Shown here: positions 56,601 through 64,000 of the stretch, in pieces
Position numbering within the stretch: the first letter of the stretch is position 1
Layout of the letters: each line of letters opens with the position of its first letter
DNA from: Spirochaetaceae bacterium
GTDB taxonomy: Bacteria; Spirochaetota; Spirochaetia; DSM-27196; SKKC01
DNA length: 64,000 bases
Assembly (NCBI GenBank): GCA_007128315.1
Contig: SKXQ01000056.1
Span: forward strand, 74 to 64,073
Reading direction: 5' to 3'
Program-made: the position numbers and the translations under genes
The notes under the pieces: model-generated
What the model was told of the DNA's origin: nothing
What the model saw: the letters and a program-made list of their open reading frames with translations, nothing else
Database searches by the model: none

Positions 56601-56782
56601 CTCTTACGACGATCGCAGGACTGCTGCCCACCGCTCTCGGACTCGGCGGACAGAGTGTCGTCTGGGGACCGATGGCGAGTACGATTGTATTCGGGCTGGT
56701 GTTCAGCACGATCACCGCGCTGGTCATTATTCCCTGCCTTTACGGAATACTGTTTGACAGACAAAAGCGGAGGCCGGCATGA
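53675..56782 (+). CDS. RND-family efflux transporter permease (AcrB/HAE1-like)
   Basis: 1035 aa, with 12 TM and two large periplasmic loops. GLVLVLGLIVDHAIVIVEN and VALAGIAVNDSIVLISF are the conserved TM4/TM10 motifs. Confidence 0.95.
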   Translation: MTIGDFSTRNTVLINIFTILLLVLGTFSVIRLPQEQFSEVPFFFINITVPWPGVSAEDIEESVTTVIENEMEGVDRLSQFSSVTRDGVTTVVLQFDQEINRQAFDRVFQDVRNRFATLNLPDGIGQERITEFSSNDFLPVIEVVLFGDVGYEALNRTAERLSDRLTTIRDVSGVDIVGARERTFFIEADPVRLESFGVTVEQLVGAVQARNTTTPGGNLRTPTRQFLLRTVGDVSNAAELESVVVRSVANGAGAAGGVPGGLTGSGLVRVQDVATVFEGYDEDGVRARFNGQESITLRIAKVPGGSSVSIAEEAERRIGNLRGSVIPEGVEVAFVNDSTVQIRDSIDVLVSNAVLGLVLLVAILLVFVGVRNALMTALGIPVTFAITFIILESLGETLNSNTLFGLVLVLGLIVDHAIVIVENSYRLQSQGLSRREAAIKGVNQVVIPVWAATATTVAAFLPLAFLPGIIGRFLRVVPITVAIALIASTFEASVFLPSHFADWPGRSRKSRIGGRFERFKDTFRGFLTAVYRRRVLTVFAMLLVMIGSFSLVGFIGQDLFAAEDASQFFIDIEMPPGTPIQRTDEVVRRFEDRFMPLVGQGEYRAVNAYVGFAAGEAQNRSDPRVGQLVIDLLEADEGRPRSVLAILTEAEQMAADIPGAEFVRFRRQQTGPPVDAPLVYRLFGDSYEELILATEAIRAELISTDGVFDIRDNFAISTPELRITVDDNEAARFGLNRQSVGLYIRAGFEGLPAGRVFTDNRETPVRVRYAFDGTMTAERLLDLSVPTNDGRRVPLSTIARVEDADAIASIQRLNGRREVTIEAEVREGVDLGAIDARIVTLFSEELSTVAPGVELETEGQFAEFQNLLIDILRTFLIGIFLIYMILATQFKSYTQPALILFSVPFAFVGVVLFLFLSGTPLSSIVIYAAVALAGIAVNDSIVLISFINELREQGWATRDAIIEAAATRLRPILLTSLTTIAGLLPTALGLGGQSVVWGPMASTIVFGLVFSTITALVIIPCLYGILFDRQKRRPA

Positions 56783-58329
56783 AAGTACTCGCATACAGAA
56801 GACATACACGCGTGAAGACGGCGTTCGCCGTCCTGTCGCTGATTCTGCTGCTGCCCGGCGCAGCGGCCGGTCAGGAGACGCTCGAAATTCCGGACATGCT
56901 TCGCCGTGTTCTCAGTGCGAACCGTGACCTGGAAAAAGCCCTGCTCGAAGAGCAGCAGGCCGAGTCAGGGTACCGCAGCGCCCGTGCGTCTATCGGCCCG
57001 CAGGTGGACCTTGATATCAACGCCCTGACCGTGGACAACCGCAGGGTGCAGACCGGTGGCCCGGGTTCCCCCACGCAGCGCACTATACGGACCACCGCAA
57101 CCGGCGCGAACCTCCGGTACGTGCAGGCCCTGCCGACCGGCGGTCGCCTCGTCGGTGAGGCGGGGCTGGAAGCTTCGGCAGCCCGTACGCTTGCTGAGAA
57201 CGGGACCGAAGACGAGGACCGTTATGAGATAGGGCCGCAGGTGAGCCTGCGTTTTTCGCAGCCCGTCTTTGTCCGGGGAAGCTTTATCGATGCACGAATC
57301 ACGCAGGCGGTCGACACACAGGCACAAACTGGTGTGCGCATGGCCGGACTTACGAGGGAGGACCTCGAGAACCGATTCGCACTCGCCGCGACTGAACTCT
57401 ACTTTGCCGTAGCAAATCTCAGGCGGTCGATCGCGGTTCAGGAGTCCCGGCTCGAACTCGCCCGGCGCCGGATTGCACGGACCGGGGATGACCTCGAAGT
57501 CGGCGCTGCGAGCAGACAGCAGCTCCTGCGCCTGCAACTGGCGGAAAACGGACTGCGGGAGACACTGCTTCAGACGCGCGAACAGCTCCGTAATCTTGAG
57601 AGAAGCCTCTTTCGCATCTCAGGCGGTACGGTCCAACCCGCAGACTACTCCTTTCGCCTGCCAGGTGAGGTGTTCTCGGAAATTGACCTCGACACGCCGG
57701 ATACCGGAACGGTGTCGGATAATATCGATATCGCCCGTTCGCGGATCGCCCTCGAATCGGCTCTTGCCGACCTCAGGGTAAACCGGAACGAACGCGCACC
57801 CGAGCTGTCGGCGTTTGCACAGATCAGCAGGCGCTATCCCGATGATCGAGGGGCCAACGCATCTGATCCCGCGTCAGCCTTTTCGGATCTGTTTGACGGG
57901 GACGGAGGCTTTAACTGGACTGCGGGGCTGAGCCTCTCGGTACCGCTGTTCGACGGTGGCAGGAGGCGCACCGCCGACGCGGCGGATCAGCGTACAATTC
58001 GTCTCGCAGAACTCGAGCTGTCCGAAGTCGAGGAAAATGTCAGGGACGACGTGGCAAGCGCGCTTGAGAGGCTCTCGATACTCCAGGACCGCGTGGCCAT
58101 CCTTGAGGCCGAGGCGGATTTCGAGGCTGACCGCCTCGCCGACCTCGAAGCGCTGGTGGAGATCGCGGCGGCGAGCGGGATCGAGGCGGACGAGGTACGC
58201 ATCGACCTTGCGCAGGCTCGAAACGCCGTTATCGGGACGCAGGGGGAGATAGTCCTTCTGCTCATGGAACTCGACGCTCTGACCGGCCGGTCAGCGTCAG
58301 GGCGGTTTTCGGTTTCGGGGTCATTGTAA
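56779..58329 (+). CDS. TolC-family outer-membrane efflux protein
   Basis: Signal peptide AVLSLILLLPGAAAG. Two OEP repeats (PLFDGGRRR). ATGA overlap with the RND gene. Confidence 0.85.
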   Translation: MKVLAYRRHTRVKTAFAVLSLILLLPGAAAGQETLEIPDMLRRVLSANRDLEKALLEEQQAESGYRSARASIGPQVDLDINALTVDNRRVQTGGPGSPTQRTIRTTATGANLRYVQALPTGGRLVGEAGLEASAARTLAENGTEDEDRYEIGPQVSLRFSQPVFVRGSFIDARITQAVDTQAQTGVRMAGLTREDLENRFALAATELYFAVANLRRSIAVQESRLELARRRIARTGDDLEVGAASRQQLLRLQLAENGLRETLLQTREQLRNLERSLFRISGGTVQPADYSFRLPGEVFSEIDLDTPDTGTVSDNIDIARSRIALESALADLRVNRNERAPELSAFAQISRRYPDDRGANASDPASAFSDLFDGDGGFNWTAGLSLSVPLFDGGRRRTADAADQRTIRLAELELSEVEENVRDDVASALERLSILQDRVAILEAEADFEADRLADLEALVEIAAASGIEADEVRIDLAQARNAVIGTQGEIVLLLMELDALTGRSASGRFSVSGSL

Positions 58330-58380
58330 GGGCCCGCCCCGGTGCACCTGCAGCGGGCACGTGTACGGTCAGCTGAACCC

Positions 58381-59838
58381 TCAGGACAGCGTCGGTACTT
58401 CGAACCAGACCGTGCACCCGCCCGCTGCGTTGGTAACCGCCTCGCAGGCGCCGCCGTGGGCGCGAACAACATCCTGTACCACCGCGAGGCCTATTCCGCT
58501 TCCCGAACCACTGCGCTCCTGCGAACCGGTCTGAAAGGCCTCAAAGACGTCGACCCCCGGGGGAAGTCCCGGTCCATGGTCCTCCACCGAGAACCTGACC
58601 CGGCCAACCCGTTCGTGCATGCTGACCGCGAGCCACAAACCCTCGGCCGCATGCGACAGCACATTAGCCATAAGATTATCTATGACCCGCTGCAGCGACT
58701 GCCTGTGTCCGCTTACCAGTATCCTGCGGTCAGGAATATCGACGTCGACCGTAAAGCCGAGCGTTTCAAGCCGCGAAAGCTGTTCGATAACGGATTCCCG
58801 GACGAGTTCGGCGAGGTCGAAGGTCTCGCGGGGAAATGCGTGCATGGTGCCAAGGGATGCGTAGGCGAGAAGATCCGAGATGAGCCGCTGCATGTGAGCA
58901 GATCGGCGTATTATGGTCGCGGCGCTTGCTCCCGGATCACTTGATGCGCCATCGGCCAGCGCTTCCGCATGAGACCGGATCGCCGCAAGGGGCGTTCTCA
59001 GATCGTGTCCGAGCGCGCTGACGACCAGTCGACGCCGGTCGTCAGCCTGCTGCTCCGCCCTTCGGGATTCGTTGAGGTCCGCGACCATGCGTTGTATGGA
59101 ACGGGTCAGTTCAAGGATCTCATTCGTGCCGCTGTAGACTTCCGTATGCTCGTCCGATTCTCCGTTACCGATCTGCAGGACGTACTCCGAGAGCGCCTGT
59201 ATCGGGAGCACCACACGCTGCGCAAAAAGCATGAACCAGAGGTAGACCACGAACACCGAGATAATGAACCCCATGATCATTACCCGGGCGAAACGGTGAC
59301 CGATCTCCGGCACCTCGCTCTGGATGAGCTGAAACTCGCTTCCCGGTTCAAAAGTCACGAAGTAGTAACCCCATACTTCATTGTCTGCGACGATCTGCCG
59401 TCCTATAGCCCGAAACGGATAGTTCGGGTCACCGCTTGGAATAAGCGACAGGACCTCAAGCGGGGTAATGACAACGTCACCTGTCGTCTCAGGCAGACCA
59501 CCGGTGACCGAGTCAAAGAGGACAGTGCCGTCTGCGCGAATGATACGGAGTCGTGTACCCTCGAAGTCTTCGGTAATTCTCGTGTCGCGACCTATGTCGG
59601 CCGGGCTCTCCCCGGCGGCAACTCGGCGCCCGAACGCTGTTGCCTCCTGTTCAGATTCGGCCAGAAAGCGCATGCCGTGGCGCAGGTCGGACATCTGCCC
59701 GCCGAGCCCGTATCCGATTCCGAGTACCACCGAGCCTGCAATTATGCCGAGCCAGAGAGCTGTGGCCGCGGAAAAGGTCAGGACCATGCGTGTCCTGAGA
59801 CTGCGGGTACGCTTTGGAATGTGCGTCTCGGATCTCAT
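58381..59838 (-). CDS. Sensor histidine kinase (2 TM, HAMP, HisKA, HATPase_c)
   Basis: H-box SALGHDLRTPL, N-box DNLMANVLSH, G-boxes EDHGPGL and GSGIGLAVV. Start at M18 of the ORF (ATGA overlap with the response regulator stop). Confidence 0.9.
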   Translation of the reverse strand: MRSETHIPKRTRSLRTRMVLTFSAATALWLGIIAGSVVLGIGYGLGGQMSDLRHGMRFLAESEQEATAFGRRVAAGESPADIGRDTRITEDFEGTRLRIIRADGTVLFDSVTGGLPETTGDVVITPLEVLSLIPSGDPNYPFRAIGRQIVADNEVWGYYFVTFEPGSEFQLIQSEVPEIGHRFARVMIMGFIISVFVVYLWFMLFAQRVVLPIQALSEYVLQIGNGESDEHTEVYSGTNEILELTRSIQRMVADLNESRRAEQQADDRRRLVVSALGHDLRTPLAAIRSHAEALADGASSDPGASAATIIRRSAHMQRLISDLLAYASLGTMHAFPRETFDLAELVRESVIEQLSRLETLGFTVDVDIPDRRILVSGHRQSLQRVIDNLMANVLSHAAEGLWLAVSMHERVGRVRFSVEDHGPGLPPGVDVFEAFQTGSQERSGSGSGIGLAVVQDVVRAHGGACEAVTNAAGGCTVWFEVPTLS

Positions 59839-60593
59839 GTACGCGGAGTCCTCAGACGGTACCCCAGACCCCTGACGGTCTGCAGCCACTGCGGCTGCGA
59901 GGGATCGTCTTCCAGTTTCTCCCTGAGGCGGCGGATGTGGACGGGCACCGTCCCTGGATCACCGAAGTGATCGTGCCCCCAGACGAGATCGAAAAGACGG
60001 TCGCGGGTAAAAACCTGATTCGGATGCTCGATGAACACTTCCAGCAGCGCACGCTCACGGGCGGTAAGGTTCGTGTTTCCTCCGGGACTCGTGATCTCGC
60101 CGGCAGCAAGGTCTATGCATCGCTCCCCGAGTTCGACCGTGCGGGACGCTGTGCTGGAGGGGTGCCTTGTGAATGCTGCGCCGGAGCTTCCCGCCGCAGC
60201 GTCTACTAGTGTGTCCGGGTCTCCGTACGAGTATGCGCGCCGTAACTGCGCCTTGACCCGTGCTACGAGGGACGATGAAGTAAACGGCTTTGTGATGTAA
60301 TCGTCTCCGCCAAGTCCCAGCCCGAGCACTTCATCCACATCCTCGGAGCGGGCCGTCATGAACAGGATAGGAAGCTGATGACCCTTTGCGCGAATGTCTC
60401 GACAGAGATCAAACCCGCTTCCGTCGGGAAGCATGACATCCAGAATCAGGGCCTCGAACTTCTCGCTCGACAGTCGGTCGAGGACGCCGCTGCAGCGTCT
60501 GGTGTGCGCGCTCGTTATAGCCTCGCGCGTCAGGTGATCCCGGACTGCACTTGCGATATCATCATCATCTTCTACAATCAACACATGTGACAT
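59835..60593 (-). CDS. OmpR-family response regulator (unusually long inter-domain linker)
   Basis: MSHVLIVEDDDDI...LILDVMLPDGSG...TARSE...DDYITKP is the receiver. The C-terminal wHTH is LTARERALLEVF...VWG...VPVHIRRLREKL...TVRGLGYRL. About 30 aa of Ala/Ser/Gly-rich linker separate the domains. Confidence 0.9.
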   Translation of the reverse strand: MSHVLIVEDDDDIASAVRDHLTREAITSAHTRRCSGVLDRLSSEKFEALILDVMLPDGSGFDLCRDIRAKGHQLPILFMTARSEDVDEVLGLGLGGDDYITKPFTSSSLVARVKAQLRRAYSYGDPDTLVDAAAGSSGAAFTRHPSSTASRTVELGERCIDLAAGEITSPGGNTNLTARERALLEVFIEHPNQVFTRDRLFDLVWGHDHFGDPGTVPVHIRRLREKLEDDPSQPQWLQTVRGLGYRLRTPRT

Positions 60594-60652
60594 GGTATGT
60601 ACTCCCGCGTTTGCCTCTTAAGGTACCCCGGATTCGCGGGCGTGGCTAATGC

Positions 60653-61885
60653 TTAGGGTCGACTGTTCTGTATGATGCGGGTGAGAATTCGTACAGCATC
60701 CGTTATGTCCTCGACGCGGCTGAACTCGGCTGGATGATGACTTATGCCGTCTTTACTTGCGACGAAGAGCATGGCGGTCGGCAGGTATGGTGCGAGTATT
60801 GCCGCGTCGTGCAGAGCGCCGCTTGGAATTTCCGGTAGATCAATGTCGCACAGCGCCGCGGCTCGGTGTAGCGCCTGTACTACCTCGCGGCTCAGATCAG
60901 CAGGGGGCAGGTGTTCGGTATTTTCAATGTGCAGCTCAAGATTTCTGCGCGCGGCGATGCGGTTGAGAATTGCGCGCAGGCTCTGCTCGCCGTCGGCGAG
61001 TACTTCTGTGCTCTGCGCACGAAAGTCTATCGTGAACACGGTTTTACCCGGTATGACATTTACGGCGTTCGGGTGAACGTCTATACGTCCGACGGTCATG
61101 ACCGAGTATGCTTTACGTTCGGCACACAGCGCACCCAGTTTCTCGATTTCGCAGATAGCCTCGGCAGCTCCAGCGAGCGCGTCCCGGCGGTCCTCCATGC
61201 GCGTTGAGCCAGCGTGGTTTGCCTGTCCGCTCAGGCAGACTTCGTAGTGTCGACGCCCGTTCACGCGTGTGACCACGGCAACAGCGCGATCCTGCTTCCA
61301 GAGGGAAAGTCCCTGTTCGGGGTGGACTTCGAGAAAGCCACGGTAGCATTCGGGGCGCACGCGATCGGTTGCCATTGACTCAGCACGGACACCGAACGCG
61401 GCACCTTTTTCGAGATAACTGATCCCCTCGCTGTTGCGCGATCGAGTCAGATCATCAATGGACAGTGATCCGACCCAGCTTTGACTGCCGAGCATGGCCG
61501 TACCGAAGGTCGTTCCTTCCTCTTCCGCAAATATGATCAGCTCCAGATCGAGTCCACACCGCAGGAGTTCAAGCGCGCACACGACACCGGTGACACCGTC
61601 GAATTTTCCTCCAGACGGAACAGAATCGAGGTGAGAGCCGCATAACCACACAGGAGTATCCCATGCGCAGAAACGCTGTCGTATGTGCACGTTTCCATGA
61701 GCGTCAATACGGGTCGTGCAGCCAGTGCGTTCGGCTTCTTCAATTACGTAGTCGCGCGCGCGAACCCACGACGGAGAAAAGGTTGGACGGCCGTAGCCAA
61801 TGGCAGGGTCGGTTTCCGAGAAACCGGCGATTGTTTCTATGTCCTGGTGAATCCGTTGTGACTGAATTTCGGCTGTCTGTTTCAT
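60653..61885 (-). CDS. M20-family Zn-dependent amidohydrolase (allantoate amidohydrolase / N-carbamoyl-amino-acid hydrolase type)
   Basis: GSHLDSVPSGGKFDG, EEEG, and the AmaB/AllC-like pattern GALHDA. Start at M43 of the ORF (ATGA overlap with the upstream gene). Confidence 0.85.
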   Translation of the reverse strand: MKQTAEIQSQRIHQDIETIAGFSETDPAIGYGRPTFSPSWVRARDYVIEEAERTGCTTRIDAHGNVHIRQRFCAWDTPVWLCGSHLDSVPSGGKFDGVTGVVCALELLRCGLDLELIIFAEEEGTTFGTAMLGSQSWVGSLSIDDLTRSRNSEGISYLEKGAAFGVRAESMATDRVRPECYRGFLEVHPEQGLSLWKQDRAVAVVTRVNGRRHYEVCLSGQANHAGSTRMEDRRDALAGAAEAICEIEKLGALCAERKAYSVMTVGRIDVHPNAVNVIPGKTVFTIDFRAQSTEVLADGEQSLRAILNRIAARRNLELHIENTEHLPPADLSREVVQALHRAAALCDIDLPEIPSGALHDAAILAPYLPTAMLFVASKDGISHHPAEFSRVEDITDAVRILTRIIQNSRP

Positions 61886-62868
61886 GAGTCGTTTGAATCC
61901 TCGTCGAACAGGTGACACGCGACGCTGTGCCCGGCCGCATTGGTGCTGGTTTTTGGCCCTTCGGTATGACACCGTGGCATTACGTGGGGACAGCGCGTAT
62001 GAAACGGACACCCTGCGGGCGGATTCGTCGGAGACGGCACTTCGCCGGTCAGCACGATTCGCGCAGACGCGTCGCCCGGGCGGTGTTTCGGGATCGCCGA
62101 AAGCAACGCACGGCTGTATGGGTGTTTCGGGTTGCGGTAAAACTCGTCTACCGGCGCCTGCTCGACAAGCTTTCCGAGATACATGACGCCAATGCGGTCA
62201 GCCATGTGCCGGACGACCGCGAGATCGTGTGATATGAGCACGTAGGCGAGTCCGAATTCCTCCTGCAGGTCGCAGAGCAGGTTCATGATTTGCGACTGTA
62301 TGCTGACATCGAGCGCACTCACCGGTTCGTCGGCAACAACCAGTTTTGGCGACGTCGCGAGTGCGCGCGCAATAACGACTCGCTGTCGCTGACCACCCGA
62401 GAAGGCGTGCGGGTAGCGGTCCGCGTACCGCCGATCAAGACCGCAGCGGTCAAGGAGCTTCACTGCACGGTCCCTCGCCTCGCTCCGGGATGCCATGCGG
62501 TGTACAATCAGTGGCTCAGCGACGATCTGTGCGACGGTCATGCGCGGATTAAGCGAGCTGTACGGGTCCTGAAACACCATCTGCATATCTCTGCGAAGCG
62601 CGCGGAGCGCACGTCCGGTGCATGCGGTAACCTCGGTGCCGCGAAACCGTACGCTGCCAGCGGTTGGCTCTATGAGTCGCAGAACCGAGCGGGCAGTCGT
62701 TGACTTGCCGCAGCCTGACTCACCGACGAGCGCGTAGGTCTCCCCGGCGGAAACCGAAAAGCTGATATTGTCGACCGCACGAATCACGGCCTTCCCGCGA
62801 CCGGCTTCGCTCGCGCGAGCCGGAAAGTGCGTAACGAGGTTCTCGACCGAAAGCATTGGATCATGCAT
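61882..62868 (-). CDS. Peptide-type ABC transporter ATP-binding protein (OppF/DppF-like)
   Basis: GESGCGKST, FSGGQRQR, LVVADEPVSALD and CPFHTRCP. The internal start MHDPMLSVENL overlaps the upstream gene by 8 nt. Confidence 0.9.
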   Translation of the reverse strand: MHDPMLSVENLVTHFPARASEAGRGKAVIRAVDNISFSVSAGETYALVGESGCGKSTTARSVLRLIEPTAGSVRFRGTEVTACTGRALRALRRDMQMVFQDPYSSLNPRMTVAQIVAEPLIVHRMASRSEARDRAVKLLDRCGLDRRYADRYPHAFSGGQRQRVVIARALATSPKLVVADEPVSALDVSIQSQIMNLLCDLQEEFGLAYVLISHDLAVVRHMADRIGVMYLGKLVEQAPVDEFYRNPKHPYSRALLSAIPKHRPGDASARIVLTGEVPSPTNPPAGCPFHTRCPHVMPRCHTEGPKTSTNAAGHSVACHLFDEDSNDS

Positions 62869-63892
62869 GCGGGTGAGCTCCTTCGGTTGAATCTGTCTCG
62901 TGAAGCCAGCACCGGGCTTCCCGACGAGGCGCAAACCGATGGACAGGTGGCATTGAGTGTCGGCATATGTCCATGGCTGCAGGACAGCGGGTGTGAAAAG
63001 GGCATCCCGAGGGACGTTCAGTGAGGCCTGGAACCTGCCCGGCTATCGATGGGAGTGGCCGTACCCGTGCGTCAGTCACCATGGGCCGCGAGCGTATCAG
63101 CGCCTGCGAGTAGGGGTGCTGCGGGTTATCGAAAAACTCCGTCACAGGCGAGCGCTCTACGACCTGCCCTGCGTACATGACTGCAACACTGTCGCAGATC
63201 TCCGCAACGACGCCGAGGTCGTGTGTAATAAAAAGAATGGATGTCCCGTAGCGGTCTTTCAGATCCCGCATGAGCTGGAGTATCTGCGCCTGCACGGTGA
63301 CGTCGAGTGCGGTTGTTGGTTCATCTGCGATCAGCAGCTTCGGTTTACACGACAGCGCCATTGCGATCATGACTCGCTGGCACATGCCTCCGCTGAGTTT
63401 GCCGGGGAACTCGTCAAGAATCTCCCGAGGTCGGCCTATGCCGACATCTGAAAGGAGTGTTTCCGCCTGGTCGCGGGCCTCCTTTCTGCCGACGCGTCGA
63501 TGCTGCCGGATGGTCTCTACAAGCTGGTTGCCCACCGTATACAGTGGATCAAGCGCGACCCCCGGTTCCTGGAAAATCATGGCGATTTCGTTCCCGCGTA
63601 TGCGCCGCATGTCCGAAGGATTCAGGCCCAGCAGGTTCCGGCCCTCGAGCCGGATGCTGCCGCCTGCAATCGCGCCCGCTGCGGCAAGGAGCTGCATGAC
63701 GCTGAGGCTCAGCTGTGTCTTGCCGCTTCCCGACTCTCCTATGACGCCGAGCACTTCGTTCGTTCGTATGTCCAGGCTCGCCTCACGTACAGCCGTGAGC
63801 GGGCCGTGCTCGGTTTCGAAGACCGTCGTCAGGTCCTGGATTTCAAGGAGTATGTCGGAATCTGTGTCGACTTTATCGGGTTTCGATGCCAT
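62861..63892 (-). CDS. Peptide-type ABC transporter ATP-binding protein (OppD/DppD-like)
   Basis: GESGSGKT, LSGGMCQR, LLIADEPTTALD and CPFHTRCP. Start taken at MASKPDK (63892), since the longer ORF overlaps the permease tail. Confidence 0.9.
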   Translation of the reverse strand: MASKPDKVDTDSDILLEIQDLTTVFETEHGPLTAVREASLDIRTNEVLGVIGESGSGKTQLSLSVMQLLAAAGAIAGGSIRLEGRNLLGLNPSDMRRIRGNEIAMIFQEPGVALDPLYTVGNQLVETIRQHRRVGRKEARDQAETLLSDVGIGRPREILDEFPGKLSGGMCQRVMIAMALSCKPKLLIADEPTTALDVTVQAQILQLMRDLKDRYGTSILFITHDLGVVAEICDSVAVMYAGQVVERSPVTEFFDNPQHPYSQALIRSRPMVTDARVRPLPSIAGQVPGLTERPSGCPFHTRCPAAMDICRHSMPPVHRFAPRREARCWLHETDSTEGAHPHA

Positions 63893-64000
63893 GGCGGTTG
63901 GGTACCTCGACGTTTTTGGCTGGCCGTTTTCGTTTCTTGCGACCTGAGAGGTGATTAATCTGCGGGTCAAAATAGTCCCGGAGGAAGTCACCGATAATAT
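63873..64000 (-). CDS. ABC transporter permease, 3' fragment (gene continues beyond the window)
   Basis: The minus-strand frame from 63998 reads IIGDFLRDYFDPQINHLSGRKKRKRPAKNVEVPNRHGIETR*, with the TAA at 63875-63873. GDxLRDxxDP is the usual Dpp/Opp permease C-terminal motif. It has no Met, so it is absent from the ORF track. Confidence 0.55.
   Translation of the reverse strand, partial: IIGDFLRDYFDPQINHLSGRKKRKRPAKNVEVPNRHGIETR

Noticed and set aside
58330-58380. Possible bidirectional terminator between the convergent TolC and histidine-kinase genes (GCCCGC-n15-GCGGGC). A similar 6-bp stem lies at 60612-60648.
   Set aside because: The stems are only 6 bp with large loops and no U/A tracts. 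That is too weak to call.
54959-59970. ORFs 54959..55888 (-, 309 aa), 56201..56809 (-, 202 aa) and 58969..59970 (+, 333 aa).
   Set aside because: They are antisense to the RND pump, TolC and the histidine kinase respectively, all of which have unambiguous signatures. They are shadow ORFs.
1-64000. Scan for rRNA, tRNA, riboswitch-sized leaders, IS elements, integrases, phage genes and CRISPR arrays.
   Set aside because: The intergenic spacers are all under 200 nt. None shows a tRNA-like cloverleaf or known riboswitch cores by eye. No ORF has transposase, integrase, Cas or phage-structural motifs. tRNAscan/Infernal would be needed to exclude small RNAs formally.

Overview
This is a gene-dense, high-GC (by eye about 60%) chromosomal segment. 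It comes from a diderm bacterium, judged from TolC, an RND pump, a BamE-like lipoprotein and an outer-membrane (OM) barrel candidate. I cannot assign a phylum from sequence alone. I support about 52 CDS plus a few inverted repeats and hairpins. I saw no rRNA, tRNA, CRISPR array, transposase, integrase or phage genes.

Operon calls are reinforced by eleven 4-nt start/stop overlaps (ATGA or GTGA) at 1506, 3668, 5983, 17665, 23286, 37520, 47373, 53675, 56779, 59835 and 61882.

Modules, left to right:
1. AztABCD-like zinc ABC importer with a His/Asp-rich beta-propeller lipoprotein (763-4579).
2. Orphan membrane protein, GH3 beta-glucosidase and MscS.
3. 706-aa vWA-like/FHA-like/PIG-L deacetylase membrane protein.
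4. Eukaryote-style ether-lipid pair: AGPS plus a fatty acyl reductase fused to a degenerate acyltransferase-like domain (11908-15593).
5. MutS-domain-V paralogue, BamE-like lipoprotein, AlaX and a SpoIIE/PP2C-GAF phosphatase.
6. About 20 kb cytoplasmic glycan-catabolism locus (20918-41075): two heparinase II/III-like proteins, an unknown 693-aa protein, GH38, an Opp/Dpp-type ABC importer and LacI.
7. c-di-GMP genes (two GGDEF proteins and a PilZ protein), on the same strand as fabI and three tandem MaoC hot-dog genes.
8. Two translationally coupled, mutually degenerate class III cyclase-homology proteins (50409-52504).
9. RND/MFP/TolC efflux with an OmpR/HK two-component system.
10. Tail of a peptide ABC operon with an M20 amidohydrolase.

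The most unusual items are three. The first is the HadABC-like arrangement of hot-dog dehydratases. The second is the split cyclase pair. The third is the AGPS/FAR ether-lipid cluster. All functional calls rest on motif recognition by eye. No database search was possible.
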